Assembly (NCBI RefSeq): GCF_035084215.1
Contig: NC_090357.1
Coordinates: 7,440,001-7,504,000, forward strand
DNA from: Heptranchias perlo
Lineage: Eukaryota
Length of the DNA stretch: 64,000 bases
Direction of reading: 5' to 3'
Made by a program: the position numbers and the translations under genes. The first letter of the stretch is position 1; the number at the start of each line of letters is the position of its first letter. The notes beneath the pieces are model-generated. The model made no database searches and had not been told where the DNA came from. It was given only the letters and a program-made list of their open reading frames with translations. This document shows, piece after piece, positions 48,401 through 63,400 of this stretch.

Positions 48401-51400
48401 CTACTCTGATCGGAAGCTGCCCTATTTTACAGATCCTCCTGTTAATGTACTGTTACTAGACTGTGTATTAATACAGACTCCAGCCTTGGTTCAGTTGGTA
48501 GCACTCTCGCCTCTGAGTCAGAAGGTTGTGGGTTCAAGCCTCACTGTAGAAACTTGAGCGCATAATGTAGACTGACGTTGGAATGCTGTTCTGTCAGAGG
48601 TGCCGTCTTTCGGATGAGGCGTTAAACTGAGGCCCTGTCTGCCCTCTCAGGTAGATGCAAAAGATTTCATAGCACTATTCGAAGGGGCAATGTCCTGGCC
48701 AACGTTTATCCCTCAACACCGCCTAAAACAAATTATCTAGTAATTTAGCTCAATGCTGTTTGCAAATTAAGTGCCACATTTCCCTACATTACAACAGCGA
48801 ATGCTGGACTACTTCGAAAAGGATTTAATTGACAGTGAAGCACTTTGGGGTGCCCCGTGGTCATGACAGACGCTATATAAATGCAAGTTCCTTCGTTTAA
48901 ACAGACCTTCAGTGAACAATATTCTGCCCACTCATCGTTAGTGAGACAGGCTCCATCCTGATTTCTGCTGGAACCCTCTCGGCAGATGTCGTACAGCTGT
49001 CTGACACATTCTCTTGTTCCTTCAGATACCATTCGATGTCTCACAGCACATGTGCAACGAGAGTCGCTGGGCTAAGAAAGATTAAATACTTCAATTATAT
49101 TGACATAAAACACCTCCTCCCTGCGCCTTTAATGTAGGAAAATGTCCCAAACCTCTTCACAGAGGGAAAAAAATAGTTAAAAGGAGCAGATACAGAGCCA
49201 CAGTGGGTGAGGTGACCAAACGCTCGGTCAAAAAGATTGGTTTTAACAAGATTTTAAAGGTGAAGAGAGAAGTAGAGAAAGGAGGAACTTCCAGGCAGCT
49301 GAAGGCTCCTCAAACAAAAGTCCAGAGTCAAAGGACCAATAGGCGCAGGAGGGGTGGTCGTCAAGTATGTGATTGGGGAAAGCCCGGGGCAGGGGAGGCC
49401 CAACTCCTTTATAAATGTAAAACAGGCCAATTACCTGGGCTTTCTCTGGTCCGGATCCTTGCTGCCGCCAGCTTTCGGCGGTGTGGTTGGAGACTCTGCC
49501 GGCATTCGTCGGGCCTGCGGCTAAAATGGATTGTTCGTCCCGATGACGTCACCGGGACACGGCACTGCCGTTGAAATTAGGCCCCCGCTCCGTTGGGGCG
49601 GGCGGCCTTCTTATGCCTGAATTCAGGCAAGTAAGAAAAGGGTGCGGGGGCTATACCGTGTTGGGAACACGGCCCGAACCCCCCCATTTGCCATCTTAAG
49701 CCCACCCCCCCACCCAGCCGCACCGTTACCGCCGGGAACAGGGGAGTGGTTAAAATTGGCCATTAATATTCCAAATGAAGTTTTATAGATTGACATTGAG
49801 CTCCTGCAATGCAAATGGCACTAGTTGGAAACAGCTAAATGTCAACAAGGTGAGGCATCTACAAAAAAATGATTCCGCCAAGAAATGGTTTAAAATAAGA
49901 AGGCCGATATTCTCACCTGGAAGGTCTGCCCATTCCGAAGGCAAATGCAACGGTCCTGCCCTTCTTCAGGCTGCACGGCCTGCGAACCACATGAGAAGCA
50001 GGCTGCCTGTCCTGTTAGATGGTTGAAGTAGCTTCTGGGACACTTCAGGCAGCTGTCCGCACTTACTGCTCCTTCACTTGGATTGTAAGTACCCTTACGG
50101 CAAGGGATTGGCTCTGCGCTCACTTTAGGGCAGTAGTGACCTGTAAACAATTGTGAAGAAGGTATTCTTTTGAGGAATTATCCATTGCAGCAACTCTCAT
50201 TCTCCAGCAGACCCTAAATGGCCTATTCCTAGCAAACTGTACCTCAAGTGCCTTTCAGTCCTCATTCTGTCCATAAAAGTTTTAGAAATGCTGGGGGGGG
50301 GCGGGGGAGAACCAATATGGAGAGGAATAAGAAAGTAGCAGGGCAGCAGATACTAAATCTGCTGAGAATGTTAGTAAACTGTGGCCTTGCATTTTCTTCT
50401 AAGTCTGCGTGGCTCAGTGGGTAGCACTCTTGCCTTCTGAGTCAGAAGGTTGTAGGTTCAAGTCCCACTCCAGAGATTTGAGCACATAATCTAGGTTTAC
50501 ACTCCAGTGTACTCATGAGGGAGTGCTGCACTGTCGGAGGTGCCATCTTTTGGATAAGACGTTAAACCGACTGCCCTCTCAGGTGAATGTAAAAGCTCCC
50601 ATGGCACTATTTCGAAGTACAGCAGGGGAGACCTCCCCGGTGTCTTGGCCAATATTTATCCCTTGACCAACATCACTAGAAAAGAGACCATCTGGTCATT
50701 ATCACATTGCTGTTTGTGGGACCTTGCAAATTGGCTGCTGTGTTTTCTATATTATAATAGTGACTACACTTCAAAAGTACTTAATTGGCTGTAAAGTGCT
50801 TTGGCACATCCGGAGGCCGTGAAAAGTACTGTACAAATGCAAGATCTTTCTTTCTGCAAATTGAATATTGCAACCTACAATTAGCTGTGTGAATCCATGT
50901 AAACTGAGATTAGGATGCAAAGACATAAAGATAAAGAATGTCAGTCCCAAAGGATGGAACCCTTTCTGATTTAGCACCCAGAGGCACTGCTTTACAGTGC
51001 AGCGACAAGTAGGCACTGCTGGGCAGGGCTGTGCCAGTGCTGTGGAAGAATTTCTTATTTCAGAATGAGCAATGACTGTTGAACCTATGAAGATACGTCA
51101 GAGTATATTTCAACAGTACACTCCACCTTCGAGACATGCAGTACTGCAGACAATTGTTTTCAGCTGTAATGATGTTGCATGTTATAGTGAAGCTTCTGTT
51201 TATCCCTCCAATTTTCACCCCTTCCCGGGGACACAGTGGAGACACATTGCATTGGCAAATCCACAAGGCAACTGGAAAAATATTTGGCAGAAGAAACGAT
51301 TGAGGGTCATGAGGGGTTGAGTTGTGTACGGTATTTTTCAAACTTTGGGACCAGTTGGATGGGGGGCAATTGAATCTCCCGATTCTGTAGATGCCTGTGT

Positions 51401-54400
51401 TTCTAGTTCATCATCGAAACAACAGGAAACGGGTTGCACAATTAGCTTACTGTGCAAAGAGTTAAAATCCATAAATATAATCAAAAATGACTGCAGTTGT
51501 GTTGTTGAACCTGACCCTAGGTCAGATATCAATCGTTCAGTTGAAAGAGAAGGTACTGCTCTCCAAACACACATACCTTTTGGACAGATGTAAGATCTGA
51601 CAGCTGCAATCCCATCGTCTGCGATGTTAGATGGTGGATCAGTGGTGGCAGCTCCTTGAAGACAGACCACTCCTGCCCGGCATTCCAGACAGACTTGACG
51701 ATCATTATGGTTCCCATAGTAACCAGCAGGGCATGGCTCACAAGTGTTCTTGAAGGTGCTTCTGTTGGATCCACCATACTCCCTGTATCCCAGTGGACAT
51801 TTCACTGGCTTAATTGCACCAATGACTGATCAAAACAAATCAGGGTTAGAGATATTTTACTGTTATGTAGCCTTAGATTAGACTCTGCCATTCTATTTAC
51901 ACCATTCCTTTTTGTTGGCCTATCCTACTGAAGTCTTATGATAAAGTATGGAATGAGAAAACCTTTAGCCTTTTTACAGGCCGTGTACATTCTACCTGAT
52001 CATGGACTCTAGCCCACCATTTCATTTCTTTGAGTTTTTTCAGTTTAGAGTTCAAAATAGTTCATATTTAATGTGAAACACACTGAACATCTGGCTCTAA
52101 TTATTTCAATGTGCTTACCCCATCTGGAGCCTTCCTGGCTGACAGCAATGTCCTGAGGACAATAATGGCCAACTGGGCATTCAACCGGGGCCGCTGACCC
52201 CTCTGGGCAGTAATAACCAACTGGGCAAGGCAAACGAGGCATGGATCTACTGCAGTAATATCCTGGAACACAGAACAGAGTTTGGAGATTATCTTCTCAA
52301 ATATTTCGGATTCTACATGCAAATTATTCCAGGTTCCACAGCAATGTATTGCTTAGGGATATGTGTGATCTCCTCAGGCCCAAATACATGTGGACAAGTG
52401 TGCCAATGTACACCATCACAGGACGAGAGAGGACGGGGTAGGTTCTCGTCTTCCATTAATTTCAGTGCAATGAAAATCGGACGGGTTCTATAAAGAGTGG
52501 GTGATCCGCTCCTCCAGATTATTACCCAGGCAATGAAGGTGAAAATCTACCCCTTTTGCAGAAATGTCACTTTAGGCGACATGGGGAGAAGTGTTTTTCT
52601 GTTCTATACATCACAAAATTGTAAATCCGTTTATAAAGAATCATTTACAACTGCACTACACATATAGAGAAAATCTCCGCGCATTGTTACCAATGCTTAT
52701 TGGAAGTGAGACGGATAGTTAAACCCATACTTTTTTCCAGAGCCTTCACTAATGTCCATGGTCAGCAAAGTGCTGCCCGGAGACTTCCACTTTATATGGG
52801 GCGTGAATTTGCACAGTTTCTCTTGCTCACCGTAACTTTGGAGGAACAGCTGTGGAAATCCCGGAACAACAGTTTCTTCCGGAGGCTTCTGCAGCTCTTC
52901 CGCCGAGGTTACAGCAAACGAGCATGAGAACCTCTGAGGAAATTCACCCCCCCCTGCGGTTTATAGGGTAAATTCCCCAATCCCATGCTCTCAGTGGGAA
53001 GTCTCTCCTGAAGGGAGCATGGGTCAAAGATGGGGCTAAAATAGCATTGTCCCAATTATCTGACTCAAGGTCCCTTCAGGTGCGATTCCCTGCTGGGAGC
53101 TTGGGATTGGGGGAAATTTACCCTTTTATCCCAAGTTAGATATTCTAAAGCACTTCAAAAGCTGAGTACCTGCTGGGCAGTGGGTTTGGTTTTGTGTTCC
53201 TTCAGGACAGAACCTCCCAAGGTCACACTGGATGCACCTTGTGCTTTCTGGGAAAGGACCATAAGTCCCTGCTGGGCATGGCCAACAATCGAGAATACCT
53301 AGAGCGAAAAGAAAGCAGCAGGATTATAAATTTTATTTTGATGTCCCCCCGCCAAAGAATGTCCAAGACACAGGTTTAAGCAGAATGCCTCCAATTTCCT
53401 TGGAGTGGTCCGCTGGATTCCCACTGTAACTCCGCCTGGAAAACGGCAGGGATCTGTGGATTTTCTGGTTGGTCTTGCAATGGATGGATCGCCCACCTGC
53501 CACAATGACTTCAGGGGCAGTTCTGGAGACGGCAGACTTGCTATGCTGGTAGTTCCAGCTCAGTTGAGATTCACTGGAGGCTGGTACACCGAGTGAGATG
53601 AACGTACTGGTGTCTTGATGGGTACAAGTGGGCCCCACCAGCAAGAGGTCCAGGCAAGGGGAGAGGTCTGGATCCCTGAAGAAAGAGTAAGGTTTTAAAA
53701 AAAATAAGAAGATTGAGCAGGCTGGGGCTCTTTTCTCTAGAAAAGAGTGGACTGAGGGGTGACCTGATAGAGGTCTTTAAGATTATGAAAGGATTTGATA
53801 GGGTAGACGTAGAGAAGATGTTTCCACTTGCGGGGGAGACCAGAACCAGGGGCCCATAAATATAAGATAGTCACTAATAAATCCAATAGGGAATTCAGGA
53901 GAAACTTCTTTACCCAGAGAGAGTGGTTAGAATGTGGAACTTGCCACCAAAAGGAGTAGTTGAGGCGATTAGCATAAATACATTTAAGGGGATGCTAGAT
54001 AAACACATGAGGGAGAAAGGAATAGAAGGATATGCTGATAGGGTGAGATGAAGTAAGGAGGGAGGAGGGTGGAGCATAAACACCAGCACAGATCTGTTGG
54101 GCCAAATGGCCTATTTCTGTGCTGTACATTCTATGTAATTCTGTGTGATTTTTTGGATCAGCCTCCTTGCATATAAGGATCTGAGGGGGGAGGGGGACTT
54201 CGGGGTCTTGAGAGGGGAGGCTGTGGGAAACCCGATGGTGAGCAAGCACCAATTTTCCAACTGTATGGGGCAAGTGGGTGCATTAGATGTACCTCTAGTG
54301 GCATGGGTGCCCATCAGCCACAAGCAAAGGAGGTACCCCCTCACTGACTCTGCAATTATCGGAGCCAATACCTACTTCGTGCAATAAACAACGAACAGGA

Positions 54401-57400
54401 AAAGACCTACTGACCCATCCAGCCTGTCCCATAAGTGTTGTGATGCCAAATGCATCACAACACAGGCACTCCCCACCCTACAGAACTCATGTAACTTTCA
54501 GGGAAAAGCGAAAAACCAGATAAAAGCCCAGGCCATTTAGCAGAAAAAAAAGACTGGAAAATTCCTCTACGACCCCTTTAGGCGATGGAAATCTAGTCCA
54601 GTGTACAGTGTATCTAAAACAGAAACCACATTCCCAGTAAAATTCTGCTTTGATGAAATGGCCACCTAGCTGATTAAAATGTAGATGTGCGTCTCACCAC
54701 TGAAACAAGGGCTTAACGTCACCAGAAAGGACAAGTTCAGTTTGGATTCCAATGAAATATATAATAACTGTACAGACTGAATATCTCTAGTTACTTTATC
54801 AAATGGCAGCACCACATAATCAGAAACGTATTCAAAATAGTCATTCAAAAAATACGAGGCACCACATTTTACCTGCTCCCAATTCGATATCTCTGTAAGT
54901 CCCTGGAGGACACGGCTTGGGAAGATATTCGTCACCAGGAGTTCCTGTTCCCTTCAGGCAAAAGTGGGCAACAGGACAGGGGTAGCGTGTGTAATCTGAT
55001 AGCCCTAAGGGAATAGAGACAGAGAAGTAAGCACCATCAGCGATTACAATGACTGCTCGCCTGGGAGAACTTTCTGGGCCTCCACAGGCAGCTCGTGCAT
55101 TTTACCAAGATAAATACTGGGCCGCTGCCAGTGGGGGGGTTGGAGCAGCAAACGGGGGTGGGGCTGGTCGAGAGGACTGTGAAGTCAGGGGAGCAGTTTT
55201 TTAAAATTTAAACTTACCCGTTAGTGGCAGCGGCTGCTGAATAATCCTGGCACCAATGGGGATCATCAGAAACCAACTACCCAGAGGGGGGTCCTTAAAC
55301 AGGCGATAGGCCCCTTGTCAACACATGCCAGGAGCCGAACTCCTGTTTTAGGTGGCCTAAAAAATGGACACGAAGAATTTAGCAGTGGCCCGAACGCTCA
55401 TGTAGATTAGGCATGGGTCGTTTCACTGCTAAATTGGTCATCGTTGTGCTTGTATTACACCCGGAAAATTGGTGCAACCCCAAAATCCCTTGAAATTTCA
55501 CCAGAGATGGTGACAATCAACTTTTACAATACATTGTATGCTGAAGGTGAAGATATATTGACTTCCAGGACATATTTTGACAAACTAATCTTCTCATGCC
55601 TTTGTAAGATCTTATAGGATCCTATGGGAGAACGCCACTTTACTTGGCCATTCAATAATGCCAATGCAGGCATTGGTCAGAAGGCACAGGACAGCAGTCC
55701 AGTGACAACTCTCCATCCAACTTGTCTTTGCCCCTGTATCAAAGTACCAGGCCTCTGCTGGGTGTTTCTCCTCTGCAGCGGAGCTGAGTTCAGGATCTTA
55801 GCGACTTCAAGGACGATCCATCGCACTGTGACTGTGTTTTGCTGCACTGAAATGTGGCCTGGGGAGGAATCTTCAAATTTCTTAGTCTTAGTGACTTTAA
55901 CGTGAAGAAACTATAAGATCACTAGAAATGTTGCACATACCTTCAGTCTGGCACCGATACCCTGGCTCGCAAGGTTTGCAGGCAGTTTGGTTGGTAGCCC
56001 CGGAGTCAAAGGAGTATGTACCAATTGGACAAGACCTCTTAGCAGCAGATCCCATTGGACAGTAATACCCTGGTAAAAAAGTAAAAAGAATGTATCTCGC
56101 AGCCAAAGGCCAGGCCTCTGAACTTTGCTTTTTTAAAAAATTCATTCATGGGACGTGGGCATTATTATTTCTAATAATAATGATAAAGGTTCCATTAATT
56201 TATTAATTTTGATGACTGATTTTTCTTGGGAGCAGTTTACTTTATTTATAAAAAGTGCAATGCTAATGTTCTATGATGAAAAACCAATTATAAAATCGGC
56301 AACAGAGATCATCATGAAAGACTTATGGAAGCAAAATATCCTCAAAAGTTGGTACATACTCTCAAAAAATATATTCAGAAGGTAACAGATTAGAATGTGT
56401 AAACAGTTACTATTAAAGAAAGACATTGCATTCATATAGCAACTTTCACATCTGTGCTTTACAGCCAATGGACTTTTTTTGAAGTGTAGTCACTGTTATG
56501 TAGGCAAACAATTTGCAAACAGCAAGGTCCCACAAACAACAAATAAATGAATGACCAGTTAATCTGTTTTTGGGTTTGTTTGAGGGACAAATGTTGGCCA
56601 AAACACCAGAAGAATTCCCTGAATAGTGTCATGGGATCTTTAATATTCTGAGCAGGCAGAGTGGCTTCTGTTTCATATCTCATCGGAAAGACGGCATCTC
56701 CGCCAATGCAGCACACCCGAAGTACAAAGTCCGACAAACAGCAATGAGATGAATAAGCAGTTCGTCTGTTTATGGTGGTGGTGGTTGAGGGATAAATATT
56801 AGCGCCATGGGATGGTGAACAGGCAGACAGAACATTGACTCATCATCTTATATGAAAGACAGCACCTCTGACAATGCAGCACTCTCCTAGCACAGCACTA
56901 AAGTGTCAGCATAGATTATGTGCTCGTGTGGATCATGGGGCTCAAACCCATAACTTTCTGACTCAAAAGCAAGAGCGCTATCAACTGAGCCAAGCTGTCA
57001 GTCAAGAGGAACCAAACTGCCAGATTTGGTATTGAACTTTATCTGTACCTGGAGGACAAGCCACGGGAACAGAACTCTCTTCAGTACAGACGGAACCAGC
57101 TTGACACATGGTGCATTCTATAAGACTCGCAGCTCCCTCATATGCAATCATCTGACCTTCTGGGCAAGGCAGGGGCTTAGTACAGCCTGGAAAGTTAAAA
57201 GCACCTTGTTAAAAACTGATTAACCCAACTGATTTCACCGACACAGCGATTAGATTAAAAGAGAATCTTAGGCCTCAAGCTTTACATTGTACGTTACTTA
57301 GTTAGACTATTACCCCCATTGCATCCCATTTCTATCTCGTTCTTGGACTACCTGGAATGCTCAGCCAGCTCTCACCTGCAGGACAGTAATAGCCAAGGGG

Positions 57401-60400
57401 ACAAGGTTTGCCTTTCTCAGGGTCACTGGTGTTTGGAGCTGCTGTCGATTGACGTGCAATGCACAAAAATCCTGCAGCACAGAGACCTGCGATGTGACCT
57501 CCACGACAATATCTCCCTGGGAATAGAAGGAAGTGAATGAAGCAATTCCAGCAGGAAGTACTAGAAAACTCCAGCAGATCGTGTAAGAAAGCAAATCCAG
57601 CAGATAGCGTTAGAAACAGTTTATTAAACAGATTTGCACTTTGAACATTTAAATCCTGCTAATAAAATGCATCTTGTACAATTAATAGCCTGTAGTATTA
57701 AAGGTACCAATGTAGGTTGTCTGGGGCTATTATTAAATACAGCCTTGACCTTGTAAAGAAAATGGACCATTTCCTACATCAAATATGTCTTTAAGGACTA
57801 AAAACATTGTATAAACTGAGAGGCTCTGTTAAAGTCTTTACTTAGTATCCATGTTTCAGTATCTGCCTCCAAAATGCACAGCAGCTCTCAGTCTAAAGAG
57901 GGACTAATTTGCACTGGCTTGCTACTTACCCTAATAAACGTCTTTTTTTGAACGACGAGAATCAATATTACAATCTTCTCCTACCTTCCGATCCATTTTT
58001 CAATTTTTCCTTTTTGTTTTCTACTTCCCTCTCCAAGGAAAATGGAGAGAGCGACAGACAGACACACAGAAAGATATAACTTAAGTTAACTTCATACCCA
58101 TTGGACAGTCAGAACAACCTGAAGCAGTTGTCAGTCCTGCTGCATTCTCATCGGTGAACGTACCATCAGGGCAGGGGGTGGGTGAGAGGCTGCTGGCCGG
58201 GCAGTAACTGTATGGTGGACATATCGTAGGGATTGTGGAGTTTCCTTGGCAGTAGCTACCTGCAGGACATGGATTGCAGCCTATGCTGCCAACACTGGGC
58301 TGATAAGCACCTGTACAATGGACAGAATGATGCAGGTTAACGAGTCAGGAAAAACAGACACCTCAATTTTGATTACTATTGCTATTTCAGATTTTTCTCC
58401 CCTAATTGTCCATGGGTTTTTATCTGTTATTTTGCCTTTCCCAGGAGATGAGCTGGATCTGGGTGGGCTGGGACTGTCTTAATCATGAAGCAGAGAGCAT
58501 TGTAACCGTATGGGACAGGCTCGATGGTCTTATCCTGTCCGGCATTTTTCGCATGTTCGTAATCTGTTTTGGGTGTTGTTCATATTAAATTTTAGAAAGG
58601 TTAACAACAAATAAGCAATGAAGCTCTGACTCCTACCTGGTGGGCATGCGTGTGGTGACGCTGTAAAGTTCGGACAAAAGAAGCCAGCAGGACAAACAAA
58701 ATGTGGAGGATTTGGTACATCGACTGCTACGTTGCCAGGACAGTAATAGCGTTCCATGCAAGGCCCAGTGGGATTGGACAGCCCCACTCCTCCACAGTAA
58801 TAGCCAGGAAAACATGGATGGCAATCAGCTAAGGAGGCCCCATGTGTGCTCGGGTTCAGAGTTCCCCTGGGGCAAGGAACGGCTAAGATAGTGCCTGTCA
58901 AGAAAATAAGCATGATAAAATAAGGCCATTTTCCTTGATGCCGACATTAATCTGTTACAAAAACACGCATAAACTTGTGACCAATTTGTTCAACTAATTA
59001 TATCGCATTTAGAGCCTGCGTGTCGTGTTATAGAATGGAATGATCCTCTGGCTTCCGTATATCCAGTGCATTGCAGCTACGTCAAAGCCTAAAAGCCTCA
59101 AAGTAAAGTGGCATTGTACAAGCTTTGAGAGCAGGACAAAACCATTTGTCTTTAATCGGTGTGTGACTTCTGCTGGCATTGCCAAGTGTCCGGCCTGGCG
59201 ACACTGGTGGAGTATTATTGAAGGAAAAGTCATTCAAAATGGGTGACCAGTTAACTCTGTCACCTGCCACATTCCAGTCACCAAGTCACTGGAATGTTCC
59301 TGGCTAGAGATATTTTTTTAATATAACGAGTAAAAACTAGTATTTGTCATCAAATAGAACATGCTGTCTGCCAGCCCATGTTTGAATCCTCATGAAAAAA
59401 CACTGAACCCATTCACACAGCTTTCAATACACACAGGACTGCCACGGACACGATGGGCCGAATGGTCTCCTTCTGTGCCGTAAATTTTCTATGTTTCTAT
59501 GTAATAATTTTGACTTTGGGCGATCAGAGGGATGTACAATGAATGTATGAATCATCAATGCCCGAAGTCAAAATTACCCCCAGTTTTGAATATACATCCA
59601 TCCCATCCACCACCCTAAACATTCACTCCCTTCACCACCGGCGCACTGTGGCTGCAGTGTGTACCATCCACAGGATGCACTGCAGCAACTCGCCAAGGCT
59701 TCTTCGACAGCACCTCCCAAACCCGCGACCTCAACCATCTAGAAGGACAAGGGCAGCAGGCGCATAGGAACAACACCACCTGCACGTTCCCCTCCACGTC
59801 ACACACCATCCCGACTTGGAAATATATCGCCGTTCCTTCATCGTCGCTGGGTCAAAATCCTGGAACTTCCTACCTAACAGCACTGTGGGAGAACCGTCAC
59901 CACACGGACTGCAGCGGTTCAAGAAGGCGGCTCACCACCACCTTCTCAAGGGCAATTAGGGATGGGCAATAAATGCTGGCCTTGCCAGCGACGCCCGCAT
60001 CCCATGAACGAATTTAAAAAAACAGATGTGCACAATACCTTCCTCACAGAAATGTCCCCTGGGACAGGGGTGGTTTAACCCTTCCTTGGGAGTTGCTATC
60101 TTGGCTCCCGTAGCGCAGAGATAGCCAGCTAAGCAGTTGCCAGAAGGTTCCGACAGGCCTGGAGAGTCACAGAATCGCCCAGCCGGGCAGTGGACACAAT
60201 CTGAAGAGTTGGTCATTCCAGTTTTATTGGAAAAGGTTCCTAGGAACAAGAAACTGTATCAGTTAAGTGTTAACTGGTATAATGACTACAGCAAACTACA
60301 TGCTGAGGTCTGTAGATATTATGTAATTGTAGACAGCAGTAGAAGATAAGTTGTTTGTTGTGGTAAATGCGAGAAACAAATATTATTATTTCAGGGTCTA

Positions 60401-63400
60401 TGCTTACATTTTGCACCACATTTGGTAAGAAAGACAATGTTTATATAATTCCTTACCAAATTTCTCAGAAATGTCTCAAAGCACTTCACATAAAATGATT
60501 TATTTTAAAGTGCAGTGAATGTCGTTATTTCGGCAAACACAACAACTATTTTGGGGCACAGCAAGATCCCACAGCTGCGATGATTTGAATGATCACCTAA
60601 TCCGGTTTTCAGTGATGTTGGTTACAAGAAGAATGTTGGCCAGGATTGAACTCCCCGTTCTTCTCTGGATTGTACCAAAGGATCAAAACCACAGCATGGG
60701 CTGCTGAGGTATTGGTGTAATGTCTTATCTGAAGGATGACATCTGACAATACAGCACTCCCTCAGTACTGCAGTGGAGCATCCGCCTAGATTATGTGCTC
60801 AGGTCCAAGGGCTTGAATCCATAAACTTCTTATTCAGAGGCAGGCTGACACTTTTATTGGTTACTGTAGTTTTCTTTAAAGACATGTCACTTTTTCAGAC
60901 ATGTTCTTTGAGAAAATGCCTAACCAACTGATGAAACTCATTTTGTATATATAAGTCTCACAAATGTCCACTGGGTTTTGATAGAGCAAATAGGGAGAAT
61001 CTGTTTCCACTGGCAGGAGGACACAGATTTAAAATAATTGGCAAAAAATCCAGGGGGAAACTGAAAAGAATTTTTTTTTACGCAGCAAGTTATGGCGATC
61101 TGGAATACATTTCCTAAAAAGGTGATGGAAGCAGATTCAATAGTAACTTTCAAAAAGATATATGCTTGAAAAGCAGAAATTTGCAGGGCTGTAGGCAAAA
61201 AGCAGGGGAATGGGGTGAGACTAATTGGATAGCTCTTCCAAAGAGCTGGCACAGACACGATGGGCTGAACGGCCTCCTTCTGCTCTGTACGATTCTATGT
61301 GCTAACAAGTTTCTGATTGTTGACTTCATATTGACTCCAGTCAGATGAACACTTATGTTATAGGGATACGATTGGTTACCTATTGGACAGGGTGCACCAT
61401 CATTGTAAGTGCCAGCTGGACAGTAATGTCCAGAGGGACACAGATCAGCATTTTCCATCCCTCGGCGAGGACATGTTCTTCCTGAAGGACACGGCAAACA
61501 ATTAACTTGACCCTGCAAAAGACAAGATTGATGCTGATTTGATTCCATTCCACTCCCGGTAGTGTAACACATCACTTGCGTAAAAGTCGGGCAAATGATT
61601 TGTTGCAGCCAGTGATTCGTTGTTGTCTGGGAATCGCCATTTTCACTGCTTCAGACTTCTTATACAAAATTAGTGTACTCATGCAGCAAACCGTACTGCA
61701 CGCGATAAGGATAGAAACTCGCAGGATATTGTGCTACATCAAGTTACTTCCCCCTATTAGACTTTAGCTCAAAATGACAGGCTAAAGTGAATAGTTAAAT
61801 TCAATACTGATTGAATTTTTACACCTTTATAGTACAAATACCATGTGCAGTAGGCAAGTTAAATATGTCTCTTTGTGTTAGCCAATTAAGATCTTCTATA
61901 TAACTCACAAGTGACCACAGTTGTTACATATAAATGTGAATTACACACTTAACTATTACACATCCTCTATTTTCCTCCAAAAGGATTCCAACAAAAAAAA
62001 TCACTCGGTGAGCACAGTGTGCGAAGGGAGTAGCTGACAGTGTATTTATACCACAACTTCAGTTTTCACGTTGCCGTAACTGTAGCCTTGTAATTTAACT
62101 CTGGAGTCAGGATGGGACCCCTGAACTCACACCACTTGGGTTTTACACTGCATGGATTATAACTCAAGTATGGTGTGAAAATGGGTATAAAAACTGCTCG
62201 AGACTGTCTCCATGCATTCGAAGGTTACACAGAGTTGAGCGCTCTGTTTAAAGGTGACTTTGTACTCAGGAAGTAGACATTCCCATTTACACTCTTAAAT
62301 CTTTTAAAATGTAGCTGAGTTGGGAGCCATGCACAGCCCATGCACAGAGCACTTTGCTGCATTGATTAATTCCAATTGGAGGCAGACATTATAAACAAGA
62401 GAGGGGCTAGAGAAGCTGGGATTGTTCTCCTTAAAGCAGAGAAGGTTCAGGGGAGATTTAATCGAGGTGTTCAAAATCATGAAAGGATTTGACAGAGTAG
62501 ATAAGGAGAAACTGTTTCTAGTGGCAGAAGGGTCGGTAACCAGAGGACACAGATTTAAGGTAATTGGCAAAAGAACCAGAGGCGAGATGAGGAGAAATCT
62601 TTTTACGCAGTGAGTTGTTATGATCTGGAATGCGCTGCCTGAAAGGGTGGTGGAAACAGATTCAATAATAACTTCCTAAAGGGAATTGGATAAATACTTG
62701 AAGGAGAAAAATTTGCAGGGCCACGGGGAAAGAGTAGAGGAATGGGACTAATTGGATAGCTCTTTCAAAGAGCAGGCACAGGTACGATGGGTCGAATGGC
62801 CTCCTTCCGTACTGTATCATTCTATGATTCTGTGATTCTATGAAGGTACTGTCTGGCTAGTATCAATACTGCAGCTACCAGTCTCCGACCAACCTCTGGT
62901 ATCAGACCACATCACCCACCAGATTGTGCTATTGTAACACAATTGCGTGCAAGTTAGCATCTGGGGAGGGGAAACACCCCAAAGATTCCGGTCTCTGAAG
63001 TTCAAGGTAAAGGGGAAATCTGTTTGTTCATCAACATTATGAGCCAGTCCCTGACGTTCTTACCTCTCCTGGCTGGAAATAACCTCTTTCACAGGGAATC
63101 TCTTGGATAAAACCTTTGGGGCAGTAATGTCCAGCAGGACATGGATAACCTGTAACACCATCAGTTGGATTAGGTACTCTAGCTTGACCCAGACAGACAT
63201 AGCCAGGGTCACAGGGCAGACTGCGGCCTGCAGAAAAATACAATGCAAGGAACTAGGATAAGACATTTTTCAAAAGCTCAAACAGTGTGTAATGACCGTC
63301 TAACTATGCAAGAAATGAGAGTATCATTTCAATAACTTCTTAAACAAACAACTCCATCAGTTTTCAATGACCGTCCATTACAAGTTCGTTTTACACCTTC

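Noticed and set aside
48480-48550. tRNA-like sequence (also about 50405-50470 and 32895-32960)
   Set aside because: SINE heads continuous with SINE body; no complete cloverleaf.
53333-53680. Minus-strand ORFs between exons 10 and 11
   Set aside because: The phase-1 frame hits a stop, there are no Cys-repeat motifs, and exons 10 and 11 join sensibly without it.
59241-59300. Two small adjacent hairpins (ggtgac/gtcacc, acattccagt/actggaatgt)
   Set aside because: Too short to distinguish from chance or MITE debris.
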